Below, one piece after another: positions 17,425 through 27,775 of a stretch of DNA of 46,424 bases. The notes below the pieces were generated by a model that had not been told where the DNA came from, searched no databases, and saw only the letters and a program-made list of their open reading frames with translations. The position numbers were made by a program, and so were the translations under genes. Numbering within the stretch: position 1 is the stretch's first letter; every line of letters starts with the position of its first letter. This DNA comes from Gemmatimonadota bacterium (lineage in GTDB: Bacteria > Gemmatimonadota > Gemmatimonadetes > JACCXV01 > JAHWKZ01). The stretch spans positions 1-46,424 of the forward strand of contig JBHEOA010000098.1 in assembly GCA_046261835.1 (NCBI GenBank). Reading direction: 5' to 3'.

Positions 17425-18317
17425 CGCGGAGCCGAATCGGCTCTTTCCGACTCGGGCGGGTCGCCCGAATCAGACCGATCGCCGCTCTCGGCGAACCGAC
17501 CCCCGCCCGTCACACTCTCGATCCACGCCATGCCGATCAGGAACGCCACGCTCCCCACGAGGAGGATCCCAAAGATCGCCGCTACCACCCAGGGCACCGC
17601 CTCGGCGGACGGCTCGCGCTCTGTCACGGGAGCGGCGAACAGCGCTAGCGACAGCGCGTTGAACGCCCCGTGGACGAGGATGCCGGAAAGCAGCGTGCGG
17701 GTGGTCAGGACGACCCAGGCCAGGACCAATCCCAGGAAGAACGTCGGCACGATCTGCCATGGATTGTAGACGTGGTAGAGCGCGAAGAAAATCGCGGTCC
17801 AGACCGCAGCCGCTCCTGGCCCGCGCCGGCGCGTGAGGCCCTGGAGCAACACCCCGCGGAAGAGCGCCTCTTCGAGCGTCGGCGCGAGGATGACCGCGAT
17901 CGTGATCGTCGCCACGAGGTCGACGGTCCCGGAGATTTGCATGAGATCGCGCAGCATCTCCTCGAACTCCGCCGGCACCGGGATGATCCGCTGGATGATC
18001 AGGTAGAGCTCGCTGAACACGGTGACGGCGCCGATGATGATGAGAAGGAGCGGGGCCAGCGTGACGCGCTCGATCGGACGCAAGCCCAGCGCCTGTCTCC
18101 AGGGAAGCCGCGTGCGCGAGACCGAGTAGGCTACCGCCCCGAAGAGCGCGATCTCGGTCGGGAGGGCCATCTGGACGATCGACGGCCACGCGGGAAACAG
18201 GGCGATCGTGGCGAACGCGAGAATTCCCGCCACGATTAGAGTCGCCAGGAGCAACCCGATCGTGCCGGGCAGACTGGGGGACCTCTCGCGCGCCAGGGAC
18301 CCGGAAGCGGGGTGCAA
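17373..18317 (-). CDS. CPBP (CAAX/Abi) intramembrane metalloprotease
   Basis: LEEALFRG, FFALYH, HGAFN motifs; multiple TM helices. Confidence 0.9.
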   Translation of the reverse strand: MHPASGSLARERSPSLPGTIGLLLATLIVAGILAFATIALFPAWPSIVQMALPTEIALFGAVAYSVSRTRLPWRQALGLRPIERVTLAPLLLIIIGAVTVFSELYLIIQRIIPVPAEFEEMLRDLMQISGTVDLVATITIAVILAPTLEEALFRGVLLQGLTRRRGPGAAAVWTAIFFALYHVYNPWQIVPTFFLGLVLAWVVLTTRTLLSGILVHGAFNALSLALFAAPVTEREPSAEAVPWVVAAIFGILLVGSVAFLIGMAWIESVTGGGRFAESGDRSDSGDPPESERADSAPRYTDEEAPPAGPFRARG

Positions 18318-18325
18318 GGGACGGC

Positions 18326-19420
18326 CTAGCGCCGACCGACGGTGAGGAACACTTCGCGCCCCCCTCTATCGACGCTCAGGTTGATCTCACCGTCGTCCTG
18401 CCAGGTGGCATCAAGCTGGCGTTGGGCTTCGACCACGTCGCGCCCCACGGGGCGTCCCTCGATCGTGACGAGGACATCGCCCTGTCGGACCCCCGCCCGG
18501 TCCGCGGGCGAGGCGCGATCCACGAAGGCGACGAACAACTCGCCGTCGAAGGTCGATCCGAGGTCGATGCCGTACGGCGTTCCGGAGAGGTTCTGTCCCG
18601 TCTCGGGCGTCGGCTCGGGTTCGACCCGCTCGATCGCGTAGGTGTCGTGAATGCGGAAGATCTCGCTGCCGGGCGGATTGGTCCTGAGCCACTCTTCGAG
18701 CGTGCGGTTGGGTCCGAGCCGCCAGCGCGGCATGAGTTCGTCGGTCACGTACGCGTGATTGGGGTTGTAGGCGCGCCACAGCTCGTGTTCCGTCGCCTGC
18801 TCGAGCCGACGTTTGCCCCACAGCTCCTCGAGCACGGCATAGGTCACCCAGTTCACCATCGCCTCGATCTCGAGATTTCCTTCCGACATGAACGGATGCT
18901 CGTACGCGGGTGAGCGCTGCCGCTCGGGCAGAAAGGTCGGGTCGTCGAGCAGGTAGTGGGTCAGCTGGTGGGCGAGGAGGAGGATATGGAGATCCTCCTC
19001 GTCGGGAACCTCCATCTCCACCCCGCCTTCCGACTCCACCCCTCCCAGGGCCAACACCAGGGGGTACTCGATCGAGATCACCGGCCAGGCGCGGACCAGA
19101 TAGACCTCGATGTCGGCATAAGGCCAGCGGAGCCCGGCGTACGTCGCGGCGCGAGCGAGGTAGACCGGTCCCTGGCGCTCCCACCAGTCCAGGAGGTCGT
19201 CGGCTCGCCGCTGGACCCACCGAACGTCCTCGGCGAGCTGGATCGGATCCGAAGAACGCAATGGGTACGCAGATCCGACGAGCTCCTCGGCACCGACGTG
19301 GAAGTGGATCACCGGAGCTGTGCCCCGAGACGTAGTCTGAGCCGGGACTTGCGCCGCCGCCGGTGTCGCGCACAGTGCGAGGGCGCAAGCGAGGACCGCC
19401 GCTATATTCACCTCATCCAC
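18326..19420 (-). CDS. Exported protein with HQxxH zincin-like domain and C-terminal PDZ domain
   Basis: Signal peptide; LAHQLTHYL; YGIDLG...SPADRAGVRQGDVLVTIEG PDZ; start uncertain. Confidence 0.7.
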   Translation of the reverse strand: MDEVNIAAVLACALALCATPAAAQVPAQTTSRGTAPVIHFHVGAEELVGSAYPLRSSDPIQLAEDVRWVQRRADDLLDWWERQGPVYLARAATYAGLRWPYADIEVYLVRAWPVISIEYPLVLALGGVESEGGVEMEVPDEEDLHILLLAHQLTHYLLDDPTFLPERQRSPAYEHPFMSEGNLEIEAMVNWVTYAVLEELWGKRRLEQATEHELWRAYNPNHAYVTDELMPRWRLGPNRTLEEWLRTNPPGSEIFRIHDTYAIERVEPEPTPETGQNLSGTPYGIDLGSTFDGELFVAFVDRASPADRAGVRQGDVLVTIEGRPVGRDVVEAQRQLDATWQDDGEINLSVDRGGREVFLTVGRR

Positions 19421-19447
19421 CCCACAAAACCCTTCTCGAGAGGTCCG

Positions 19448-20494
19448 TTGTCTCCCGTCCAGGAACGCGACGTCATTCGCGCCATCCGCCAGGTTCGAGA
19501 TCCCGAGAGCAACAAGGACCTGATCTCCCTCGGGCGCATCAAGGAGCTCAAGATCCTCGACGGGGAGGTCGCTTTCAAGGTACTCGTCGACCCCCAGCGG
19601 CCGCTGTCCGAAAAGGTAATCAAGGAGATTCGGCAGAATCTCGAGGCCCTCGACGGCGTCGATCGCGTTTCAATCGGCCTCCAGGAGCAGTCCGGCGCGG
19701 CGGGAGGCCCGCTCAAACGGCCTGCGCCGCAGCAGCCGATCCCCGGCGTGCGCCACGTTGTGGCGGTCGCGAGCGGCAAGGGTGGCGTCGGCAAGTCCAC
19801 GGTAGCGGTCAATCTCGCGCTGGCGATCGCGGACGAAGGATACACGGTGGGCCTGCTCGACGCCGACATCTACGGCCCTTCGATCCCCACCATGCTGGGC
19901 CTCAAAGGGGCTCAGCCCAAGGCGATCGAAAAGCGCATCCAGCCACTCGAGAGCGAGGGTCTTCGTCTCATGTCGCTCGGCTTCATGGTCGAGGAGGACA
20001 CTCCGTTGGTCTGGCGCGGGCCCATGGTCCACTCGGCGGTGACGCAATTCCTGCGCGAGGTGGACTGGGGCGAGCTCGACGTTCTGGTGGTCGACATGCC
20101 ACCCGGAACCGGCGATGCGCATCTGACCCTGACCCAGTCGGTCCCCATCGACGGAGCGGTCATTGTGACGACACCCCAGGAGATCGCGCTGATCGACGCA
20201 AAGAAAGGACTCCGCATGTTCGACAAGGTGGGGGCGCGCATCCTTGGAATTGTCGAGAACATGGGTACGTTCGTGTGCCCCGATTGCGGCGCCGAGCACG
20301 CGATCTTCTCACAGGGCGGCGGCCGCGCGACCGCGGAGCGATTCCAGGTTCCCTTCCTCGGCACGATCCCGCTCGACTCCGAGATCACGCCGAGCGGTGA
20401 CCTCGGCGTGCCGATCGTCCGCTCCCTGCCCGACTCGCCGATCGCCCAGCGCTTCCGCGAGATCGCGCGGCAGGTCATCGCTGCGATCGGCTGA
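19448..20494 (+). CDS. mrp: Mrp/NBP35 (ApbC) Fe-S cluster carrier ATPase
   Basis: VRDPE N-domain, ASGKGGVGKST, DADIYGPS, WRGPM, DMPPGTGD, ENM...CPDC; TTG 19448 after GAGAGG. Confidence 0.93.
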   Translation: MSPVQERDVIRAIRQVRDPESNKDLISLGRIKELKILDGEVAFKVLVDPQRPLSEKVIKEIRQNLEALDGVDRVSIGLQEQSGAAGGPLKRPAPQQPIPGVRHVVAVASGKGGVGKSTVAVNLALAIADEGYTVGLLDADIYGPSIPTMLGLKGAQPKAIEKRIQPLESEGLRLMSLGFMVEEDTPLVWRGPMVHSAVTQFLREVDWGELDVLVVDMPPGTGDAHLTLTQSVPIDGAVIVTTPQEIALIDAKKGLRMFDKVGARILGIVENMGTFVCPDCGAEHAIFSQGGGRATAERFQVPFLGTIPLDSEITPSGDLGVPIVRSLPDSPIAQRFREIARQVIAAIG

Positions 20495-20503
20495 TCGGCG
20501 ATC

Positions 20504-21613
20504 ATGGTGAAGCGCGATACCGCCGCCGTCCGCCGGGCGACTCCCGCCGAGGCCGCCAGCGAGGCGCAGAAGCTTCTGCCCAAGCTCCTCGCCACGGTCG
20601 ATTCCTCCAGGCCGATCGCGATCTACACCCACGACCAGCCCGACCCTGACTCGATCGCGAGCGCCTACGCGCTCCAGGTCCTCCTCGCGAAACGGCTGGA
20701 CACCGAGCCGATCATCGCCTACGGCGGGACGATCGGCCGCTCGATGAATCGAGCGATGGTAAACCTGTTGGGCGTTCGGCTCTATCCGCTGTCGCGGGTC
20801 CGGTTCGAGGAGTACGGAACCCACTGTCTGATCGACGCCCAGCCGCAAACCGGCAACCACTCGCTGCCGGACGACCTTCCGGTCGCGATCGCGATCGATC
20901 ACCATCCGCTCAATCCAGCAACCACAAAGCTCGCCTTCGCGGACGTGCGAACCGAATACGGTGCGACCTCGACCTTGATGTACTATTACCTGCGCGCCGC
21001 GGGCCTCGATCTCTCGACGAAGCTCGCCACAGCGCTTCTCATCGGGATCAAGTCCGACACTCGTGAGCTCGAGCGTGAAGCGAGTGAGGCCGACCTCTCG
21101 GCCTACCTCGAGATCTTCCCGCGCGCCGACCTCATGTTGCTGGCGCGAATCGAGAACCCGCGTATCCCGCAGCCTTACTTCGAGGCTTTCCACACGGCGC
21201 TCGAGCGCGTGCGGCTCTACGATGGTGTCCTGATCTCCGATCTCGGCGAAGTCGCGGACCCCGATCTCGTGGCCGAGCTCGCGGACTTCTTCAGCCCGCT
21301 GGAGCGAGCCGATTGCGCGCTCGTCATGGGTCGCCACAAAGGACGACTCTACGTGAGCCTGAGGACCCGCAGCGACCAACAGGACGCCGGTCAGCTGATC
21401 GCGCGCGTGGTGGGCGATCTGGGGAACGCGGGTGGCCACGGCAAGATGGCGGGCGGACAGGTGCCGCTCGGAGACGACGATCCGGAATCCACGACACGCG
21501 AGGTCCAGCGGCGTCTTCTGCGCGCGCTCGATCTCAATCCAGGCCTGCCAGGGGAAGCTTTGATTCGGGCGGCAACTCCCGGGCGGCGCAAGGCGCGCCG
21601 TGGGACCACCTAA
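20504..21613 (+). CDS. DHH family phosphoesterase
   Basis: HDQPDPDS, IDHH, GIKSDT, GGHGKMAG motifs. Confidence 0.9.
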   Translation: MVKRDTAAVRRATPAEAASEAQKLLPKLLATVDSSRPIAIYTHDQPDPDSIASAYALQVLLAKRLDTEPIIAYGGTIGRSMNRAMVNLLGVRLYPLSRVRFEEYGTHCLIDAQPQTGNHSLPDDLPVAIAIDHHPLNPATTKLAFADVRTEYGATSTLMYYYLRAAGLDLSTKLATALLIGIKSDTRELEREASEADLSAYLEIFPRADLMLLARIENPRIPQPYFEAFHTALERVRLYDGVLISDLGEVADPDLVAELADFFSPLERADCALVMGRHKGRLYVSLRTRSDQQDAGQLIARVVGDLGNAGGHGKMAGGQVPLGDDDPESTTREVQRRLLRALDLNPGLPGEALIRAATPGRRKARRGTT

Positions 21614-22095
21614 CGCCGCTCGAGCTCGAAGACGCGGAAGCGCCCGTCGCGCCAGACGTAGAGCGCACTCGAGCGACCGGGGAATACGAGCTCGATAGCG
21701 GGGTTCTCGTGCTCGATCATGCCTTGAGGATCGAGCACCCGGTGACGGCCGGCCGGCACGAGGCGCAGTGCGAGATCACCGGCGGGCAGAGACGCGTAGA
21801 GCGGATGCGCCTCGTACCCCTCTCGAGTCGCGCGGAAGACGACGAGGGCGCGACGGTTGCGGGCCGTGAGCACCGCCGCCACGTCCTCGCGTTCGTCGCC
21901 ATCGAAGTCGGCGATGTGGGCGATTCCTCCCTCGCTCGGGAACATCAGCTCCGGATCGAACTCCCGCACCGCGTCGGCGGCCTTCGGCGGAAACGCCTGC
22001 GCCCAGGTCGGGCCTGCGGCCAGAGCGGTGAGGAGCGAAGCGATCCCGATCGTACGGAAGCGCGCGACGGCGCAGCGGTGAGGAGTCCGGTCCAT
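21610..22095 (-). CDS. Exported hypothetical protein with FG-GAP-like Ca-binding motif
   Basis: Signal peptide ending TWA; ADFDGDEREDVA motif; GTG 22146 alternative start. Confidence 0.6.
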   Translation of the reverse strand: MDRTPHRCAVARFRTIGIASLLTALAAGPTWAQAFPPKAADAVREFDPELMFPSEGGIAHIADFDGDEREDVAAVLTARNRRALVVFRATREGYEAHPLYASLPAGDLALRLVPAGRHRVLDPQGMIEHENPAIELVFPGRSSALYVWRDGRFRVFELERR

Positions 22096-22185
22096 GGGTA
22101 CAATCTGGGGGCCGGCCGTGGATTCTGCCAAGGCCCTACTCTCCACATGTTACCCCAAGCCTGATATGAGGTTTCCCTTGGCCCG

Positions 22186-22575
22186 ATGAGATCGCGAGAG
22201 TATTTTTTCGAGGTGTTCGATTTTCTTAAATCGCGCCCCGAACTCGACGATCCCGAGTACCAGATGGTGCTCGAGCGCGAGGAGGATGGCACCTTCGTGG
22301 CGACGTCGCCGGCCTTGCCCGGCTACGTGGCGTATGGCCCCTCCGAGGCGGCTGCCGCGCGTAAGCTCCGCCGCGCGATTCGCCGCAACCTCGAGGGCTT
22401 CGCCGCCGACCACGTGGATGCCTCGCGCGAGCCTTCGCAGCGGACCAGCCGCCACCGGTCGAGCCTCCATTTCCAGCTTCCGCTCACCACCCCCGCCAAG
22501 ATCGTGCTCGGATCGATCGTCATCGCCGCCGCCCTGGCGGTCGTCGCCTACCAGGCCCGCCACCGGAGCGACTAG
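22186..22575 (+). CDS. HicB-like antitoxin domain protein with C-terminal TM helix
   Basis: YQMVLEREEDGTFVATSPALPGYVAYGPSEAAA...LRRAI fits the HicB N-terminal fold; C-terminal IVLGSIVIAAALAVVAY. Confidence 0.7.
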   Translation: MRSREYFFEVFDFLKSRPELDDPEYQMVLEREEDGTFVATSPALPGYVAYGPSEAAAARKLRRAIRRNLEGFAADHVDASREPSQRTSRHRSSLHFQLPLTTPAKIVLGSIVIAAALAVVAYQARHRSD

Positions 22576-22603
22576 ACCGCGCGCCTGGCACTCCTCGGCG
22601 CAC

Positions 22604-23653
22604 TCAGCGTCGGATCGTCACGTAAGGGGGCCGCATGAAGCGAATCTCTCGCGCCATCTCCGGAGGATACAGGTAGGTCTCACGGATGACCCGCTCATAG
22701 AGGGCGAGATAGTGGGTGGTCGTATCTTCGATCGATAAAGCCGTGGCATGGCAATATTCGGCCATCCGAGACATCTCGCCGATGTCCATTTCCATCACGT
22801 TCCGCAGCGTCTCGAGGGCACTCGCGTAATCCCAGACGATGAAGCCGTTCCTGCCTTGCTCGATGTATTCCGGAAACACGCCATTCGGCGATGCGAGAAT
22901 GGGCGTCCCGGACGATAAGGTCTCGAGAACGGCCAAGGCGCCTGGCTCCTGCCAGTTGGCCAGATAGAAGAGCAATCGTGCTTCCTGCATGTACTTGAGT
23001 TTGGTGGCTCCCGCGACGATGCCCACGTCGGTCAAGAGGCCGCGCTTGAAGGGGGCTCGCAGGATCCACATTCCGCCGATCCGCCGGAACTGACGGAACT
23101 TCCACGGCTCGAGCTTGCCCCCCGCCAGAATCAGCGGGCAGTCGGCGTCGAAGCTCAGATCGATGGCTGTCTTGGCATTCTTTTTCTTCCAATCCAGCTT
23201 CGCCATGAAGAGCATGTAGGGCCGCTTTGCCGCCGGGCGAGGGCGATATTCGTTCTTGGGAACCCCGAGGTAGACATACAGGGGTGCGTTGTGATTTCTT
23301 GCATGGCTCTTGCTGACAAATACGGTGTTCGGCGGATATCGACGAAAGCGCCGGCGATTGCCGTGTTCCGTCACCATGTACGGGAGATCGGGCGTGCCCA
23401 TGCGGGGAATGTGGTGAAGGTGAACGACGTCGGCGTCTCGGGGCAGGAGCAGACGATAATCCACGTCGCTCGAAGCGACGGGCACGAGGCTCACCCCGGG
23501 AATCCGCGCGGCGATCGTGCTCCGGCCATCCGCGAGAACCGTGACCCGGTGACCCCTGCGCAAGAGCTCGCGTGCCAGCCAGTAGACGTCGCGCTCGGTG
23601 CCACCGTAGCCGACCGGGGGCACGACCGCGGGCATGTATTGAACGACGTGCAC
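22604..23653 (-). CDS. Glycosyltransferase family 4
   Basis: VPPVGYGGTER, GHRVTV, TEHGN, WQEPGALAVLETLSSGTP. Confidence 0.88.
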   Translation of the reverse strand: MHVVQYMPAVVPPVGYGGTERDVYWLARELLRRGHRVTVLADGRSTIAARIPGVSLVPVASSDVDYRLLLPRDADVVHLHHIPRMGTPDLPYMVTEHGNRRRFRRYPPNTVFVSKSHARNHNAPLYVYLGVPKNEYRPRPAAKRPYMLFMAKLDWKKKNAKTAIDLSFDADCPLILAGGKLEPWKFRQFRRIGGMWILRAPFKRGLLTDVGIVAGATKLKYMQEARLLFYLANWQEPGALAVLETLSSGTPILASPNGVFPEYIEQGRNGFIVWDYASALETLRNVMEMDIGEMSRMAEYCHATALSIEDTTTHYLALYERVIRETYLYPPEMAREIRFMRPPYVTIRR

Positions 23654-23659
23654 CGCCAG

Positions 23660-24482
23660 TCAGGGTGCTTCCACCTGATGGTGGGAGATGCCCAGGCGTG
23701 CCCTGACCGCGCCGCTTTCCAAGACGTTCTCTAGACGTCGTACGTTCTCTTCCAAGCCCGCTCGATCCACCTGCGGATGCCACAGGTGAAGGACCGGAAT
23801 CGCGAACCGCGCGTCCTTACGATGGATGCCGGCGTGGATCAGTCGGGCGACCAGATCCGCGTCCTCGTGCCCCCAGCCCTTGTAGGACTCATCGAATCCG
23901 TCCACTTCGAAGAAATCGCTCCGCCACATGCCCAGGTTACAGGTCTTCGCCCCCCGCCAACGGCGCCGTCTCACGAAACGAAGCGGTCCGAGCCGGAGTC
24001 GGAGCAAGGGGGAAATGCGGTTGACGTCGCCCCGCAGGCGTGCCGCCACCCATGCGCGTTTGGACCATCGGGTCACCGCGAGGCCTTCCCGCAAGACGCG
24101 TTCGGTGAAGCCCTGGCTCAGGAAGATCCGGTTCCCGGAAAGGAACGTCGCGGGTTCCCGCCAGTCGCGCGTGGGCCTCGATGAAATCCGGAAAGGGGAG
24201 GCAGTCGCCGTCGAGGAAGATCAGATAATCGCCCGCCGCTTGAAGAGCGGCCAGATTGCGGGCGCGCGCAGCGCGAAATCCCCGATGCTCCTGCCGGACG
24301 AGCTTGAAGGGATAATCCAGCCGGCTCCGGAGGCACTCCGCCATCGTCGCGGTATCGCCCGTCGATCCGTCATCGGCGACGATGACCTCGAAGTCGGACC
24401 GGCCCTGCTCGGTGAGGGCGAGCAGAACGGCCTCCAGGGCGTCGGGGCTGTTGTAGGTGGAGACGATGACCGAGGAGACCAT
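23660..24482 (-). CDS. Glycosyltransferase family 2 with Glyco_transf_7C C-terminus; apparent +1 frameshift near 24158
   Basis: SVIVSTYN, ADDGS, ARARN, FLDGDC in one frame; FLSGNRIFL...CNLGMWR, GFDESYKGWGHEDADL, HLWH in another; removing one G restores HARLAEPATFLSG. Confidence 0.8.
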
Positions 24483-24537
24483 GCCCCGAGTTTCGCCGGC
24501 TCGCACGAAAGCTGCAAAGTCGGAGCTGGCCGGACCG

Positions 24538-26076
24538 TTACCTTCCCGTAACCGAGCTCTCGAGCAGCGGCACCGACCACGACGAGAAGCGCGCGAGCCG
24601 CTCCGCCACCGCATCCTCGACGGCGATCGCCGAGCCCTTCCCCAACCCGTTGGAGATTACGCTGAACGCGACCAGCTCACCGTCGCTCGTCGTGACGTAT
24701 CCGGAGAGCGCCGAGACCCCGCGCAGCGTGCCGGTCTTGCTGTGTACGTTCCCCAACGCCTCTGGAGCATCGAGCCGGCGCGGGTCCCCGTCGTAACCGG
24801 CGATCAGGAGTGAGGCGTAGTACTCGCCGAAATAGGGATGGTAGCGCATCGCGACCAGAAGCTCGGCGGTCGTACGCGCCGTCACGAGGTTCCAGCGACT
24901 GAGGCCCGAGCCGTCCGTGACGACGAGGCTCCGCGACGACACGCCCAATCCCTGCAGCGTCGCATGCACCACTTTCGCCCCGCCCTGGAACGATCCTTCG
25001 CTGTGGAACACGGCGCCCAGCGTCTTCAGGATCTGCTCGGCGAAGAAGTTTTGGCTGCTCTTGTTCACCACCCGAACCAGATCGATCATGCGGGGGCTCG
25101 TGTGGCTCACGAGCAAGGTCCATCGGCGGCGCGTGAGCTGGCCGCGCTGCCACACCACCTGGTCTTCGCCCGCCACCTGGATCCCCGCGCGTTCGAGCCG
25201 GTCGCGCAAAACGGAGAGGACGAACGCCGGCGGATTGTCGACCGCCACCACGTGACGCACCGGTGGCCCGCCGAGCGCCACCCGTCCCCAGATCTCGTAA
25301 CCACCGATCTCGGGCCGGCGCCGAATCCCGACCGAGCGTCCGCCCCGCCGTCCCGCCGTCACTACTCGGTTGTCTACGACCAGATCGTCGGTGTGGGGAT
25401 GGAACAGGACCTCGGCAGGCGCTCCGGCGTACGACCCGGGTCGGACCTCGACCGTCACTACGTTGTCGTTGAACGCCAGCGCGCTGGCCCTCGCGCCGTA
25501 CCACCACAGGAGGTTTCCACTCTCCCAGCCCGGTCCCACAAGCCGGTCGTCGAAGTACGACGTGTCGCCGATCAAACGGCCCGTTACGCGGCGGATCCCC
25601 TTTTCGCGCAGACCCTGCGCCATGCGATCGAAAACGTAGGTGGTGCTGTCCCCGTAGAAGCGGCCCGAGATCGCGGGGTCGCCGCGCCCGACGAGGATCA
25701 AGTCCCCAGTGAGCGTGCCGTTGGGAAGAACGGTCCCGTCGGCGTAGAGCGAGGTGGTGTACTGGAAGTCCGGTCCCAGCCGGTCGAGCGCTGAGGCGGT
25801 CGTGTAGAGCTTCATGTTCGACGCCGGCAGCAGCGGATCGTCGGCATCGTTGAGGTAGAGCGGGATCTGACGGTCGACCGAGAAGACGGCGACGCCCACT
25901 TCGCCCCCACGCGCACGTCCCACGATCGGGTCGATGAGTCGGCCGATCGCTTCGGGCGACGCGAGTGCTCGTCCCCTGGCGGGTTCGACCGCTTCCGTCT
26001 GCGCGGCGAGCGAGCCGGTCCATGCGGCACTGACTGCCAGCGCCGCAATCGAGAGTGTCGAGAATCGGTTCCGCAC
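24538..26076 (-). CDS. dacB: D-alanyl-D-alanine carboxypeptidase/endopeptidase (PBP4, peptidase S13), second paralog
   Basis: PASNMK, GRGDP, SQN, DGSGLS, SKTG. Confidence 0.92.
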   Translation of the reverse strand: MRNRFSTLSIAALAVSAAWTGSLAAQTEAVEPARGRALASPEAIGRLIDPIVGRARGGEVGVAVFSVDRQIPLYLNDADDPLLPASNMKLYTTASALDRLGPDFQYTTSLYADGTVLPNGTLTGDLILVGRGDPAISGRFYGDSTTYVFDRMAQGLREKGIRRVTGRLIGDTSYFDDRLVGPGWESGNLLWWYGARASALAFNDNVVTVEVRPGSYAGAPAEVLFHPHTDDLVVDNRVVTAGRRGGRSVGIRRRPEIGGYEIWGRVALGGPPVRHVVAVDNPPAFVLSVLRDRLERAGIQVAGEDQVVWQRGQLTRRRWTLLVSHTSPRMIDLVRVVNKSSQNFFAEQILKTLGAVFHSEGSFQGGAKVVHATLQGLGVSSRSLVVTDGSGLSRWNLVTARTTAELLVAMRYHPYFGEYYASLLIAGYDGDPRRLDAPEALGNVHSKTGTLRGVSALSGYVTTSDGELVAFSVISNGLGKGSAIAVEDAVAERLARFSSWSVPLLESSVTGR

Positions 26077-26083
26077 GGGGCCC

Positions 26084-27775
26084 CTAGTCTTCGCTTAGCT
26101 CCATCCTTTCGCAACCCGTTCGCATCGAGCCGAAGAGCGCGATCGTCGAAATTCCCGCAACCGCCAGAAGCCCTCCCGCCATGCCGCCCCATTCCCGCGC
26201 GCCCATGCCCCAGCCGAGCCAGGCGGCCCTGAAGGAGTGGTACACCGGCCAGGCCAGCACGGTCACCGAGAACAGGACCAACAGCGCGCTCAGCACCATA
26301 AACAAGAATCCGGCGTATCCCGCTGCAATCTGAGTCCCGTCCGCAGCATCGAAGCGCGGGTGCGCTGCCCCCAGGCCGACCGCCAATCCGGCGATCGCCC
26401 CGCTCAGGCAGAACACCGCTGCCACCGAAAGGACTCCGAGCAGGGGCGTCGTATGTAATAGAGTATTCGAAACGACCACCAATAGTTCCGCAACCGCCAC
26501 CAACGGCAGAAATCCCCCCCAGAACTTCGCCCAGAGGAGCTCCCGGACCGTCATCGGACTGGTCCTGAGAAGCCACATCGTCCCGCCCTCGAGGCTCACC
26601 CCCGGCAGGACGAATCGCGCGGCCAGGGCCGTCACCACCAGGCCCACCAGTCCCACGTTCAGGAAGGCCAGCAGATTCCGCAGGAAGTAGCTCGTCCCCC
26701 TTGCGGGATCGAGCGGCAGGACGTGAAAGTTGTAGAGGTAGACCGTGATCACGGCGAGCAGCAACACCAGCTGCGACCACTGGCTGGGATCACGGAAGAA
26801 TGTGGCCGCGTCCTTGATCATGATCGCCCGGACGCGTCGCGGGAACGGTCGTCCGATGTAGCCGACGATCCCCTTCCACCATCGGTTGCGCGTCAGGCGG
26901 ACCTGGCGCGCCTCCTGCGCGCGCGACCAGCCGCTTTCGAACCCCTGCCGGAACACCAGCGCCGCGATGACCATCGTCAACAGCGACACGAAGGCCAGCA
27001 GCCCACCGTAGTACCAGACCGCCGACCACTGAGTCACCTGATAGATCCCGAGCACCTCGCCCAGTACGCGTGCGCCCCAGTACGACGGCAGCCACGGCAG
27101 CGTCGGGTTGGACAGTGAGACCAGGTATTCGGCCCACGTACCGAAGTCCTCGGGTCGAACGAACCGCTCCGGTCGCATCACCCTGAGCAGCATCACGACG
27201 CCCACCATGAACACGATCGCAATGAGTGAGAGGAGGTCGCGCGCCTTGCGTGCCGGGAACAGGTTGACGAGCGCGATCGCGAAGAGGATCCCCAGGGAAG
27301 CGGCGATCGCCACGCACGGCCCCAGTACCAGGGCCAGCGCCGCGTAGTATTCGATTCCCGCGTCGAACACCGTCCCGTAGGCGACGAAGACCGGCAGCGC
27401 GAGGAAGATCGCGGTCCACGAGGCGAACACCGAGATTTCGACGAGCTTGAACTTGAAGAGCCGTCGTAGCGGAACGGGCGCCGCTACCCAAAGCGGCAGG
27501 TCGCGCGCGAGGAAGCACTGAGAGATCGCCGAGATCAGAGCGGAGAATGCGAGGAATGTGAGAAGGAGCAGGAACAGAAGAGCCAGCAGCTTGGCGGCGA
27601 GGATCCTACCCAGATCGGGATCGACGGTGGCGAAGTGCGCTAGGACCCGGACCGTCACGAAGTAGGCGCTTACCCAGAACAGCGTCCCGAGCGCCGCAAG
27701 TACCGCCATGCGTCGCCAACCCGCTTCCCGCCGATCGCGCCGCAGCGCAGCTATCCGCGGAAAGAAGAGCGTCAC
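26084..27775 (-). CDS. Putative ABC exporter permease
   Basis: About 12 TM helices, KDAATFFRD and SLEGGTMWLLRTSP motifs; GTGA overlap with the ABC ATPase. Confidence 0.85.
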   Translation of the reverse strand: MTLFFPRIAALRRDRREAGWRRMAVLAALGTLFWVSAYFVTVRVLAHFATVDPDLGRILAAKLLALLFLLLLTFLAFSALISAISQCFLARDLPLWVAAPVPLRRLFKFKLVEISVFASWTAIFLALPVFVAYGTVFDAGIEYYAALALVLGPCVAIAASLGILFAIALVNLFPARKARDLLSLIAIVFMVGVVMLLRVMRPERFVRPEDFGTWAEYLVSLSNPTLPWLPSYWGARVLGEVLGIYQVTQWSAVWYYGGLLAFVSLLTMVIAALVFRQGFESGWSRAQEARQVRLTRNRWWKGIVGYIGRPFPRRVRAIMIKDAATFFRDPSQWSQLVLLLAVITVYLYNFHVLPLDPARGTSYFLRNLLAFLNVGLVGLVVTALAARFVLPGVSLEGGTMWLLRTSPMTVRELLWAKFWGGFLPLVAVAELLVVVSNTLLHTTPLLGVLSVAAVFCLSGAIAGLAVGLGAAHPRFDAADGTQIAAGYAGFLFMVLSALLVLFSVTVLAWPVYHSFRAAWLGWGMGAREWGGMAGGLLAVAGISTIALFGSMRTGCERMELSED

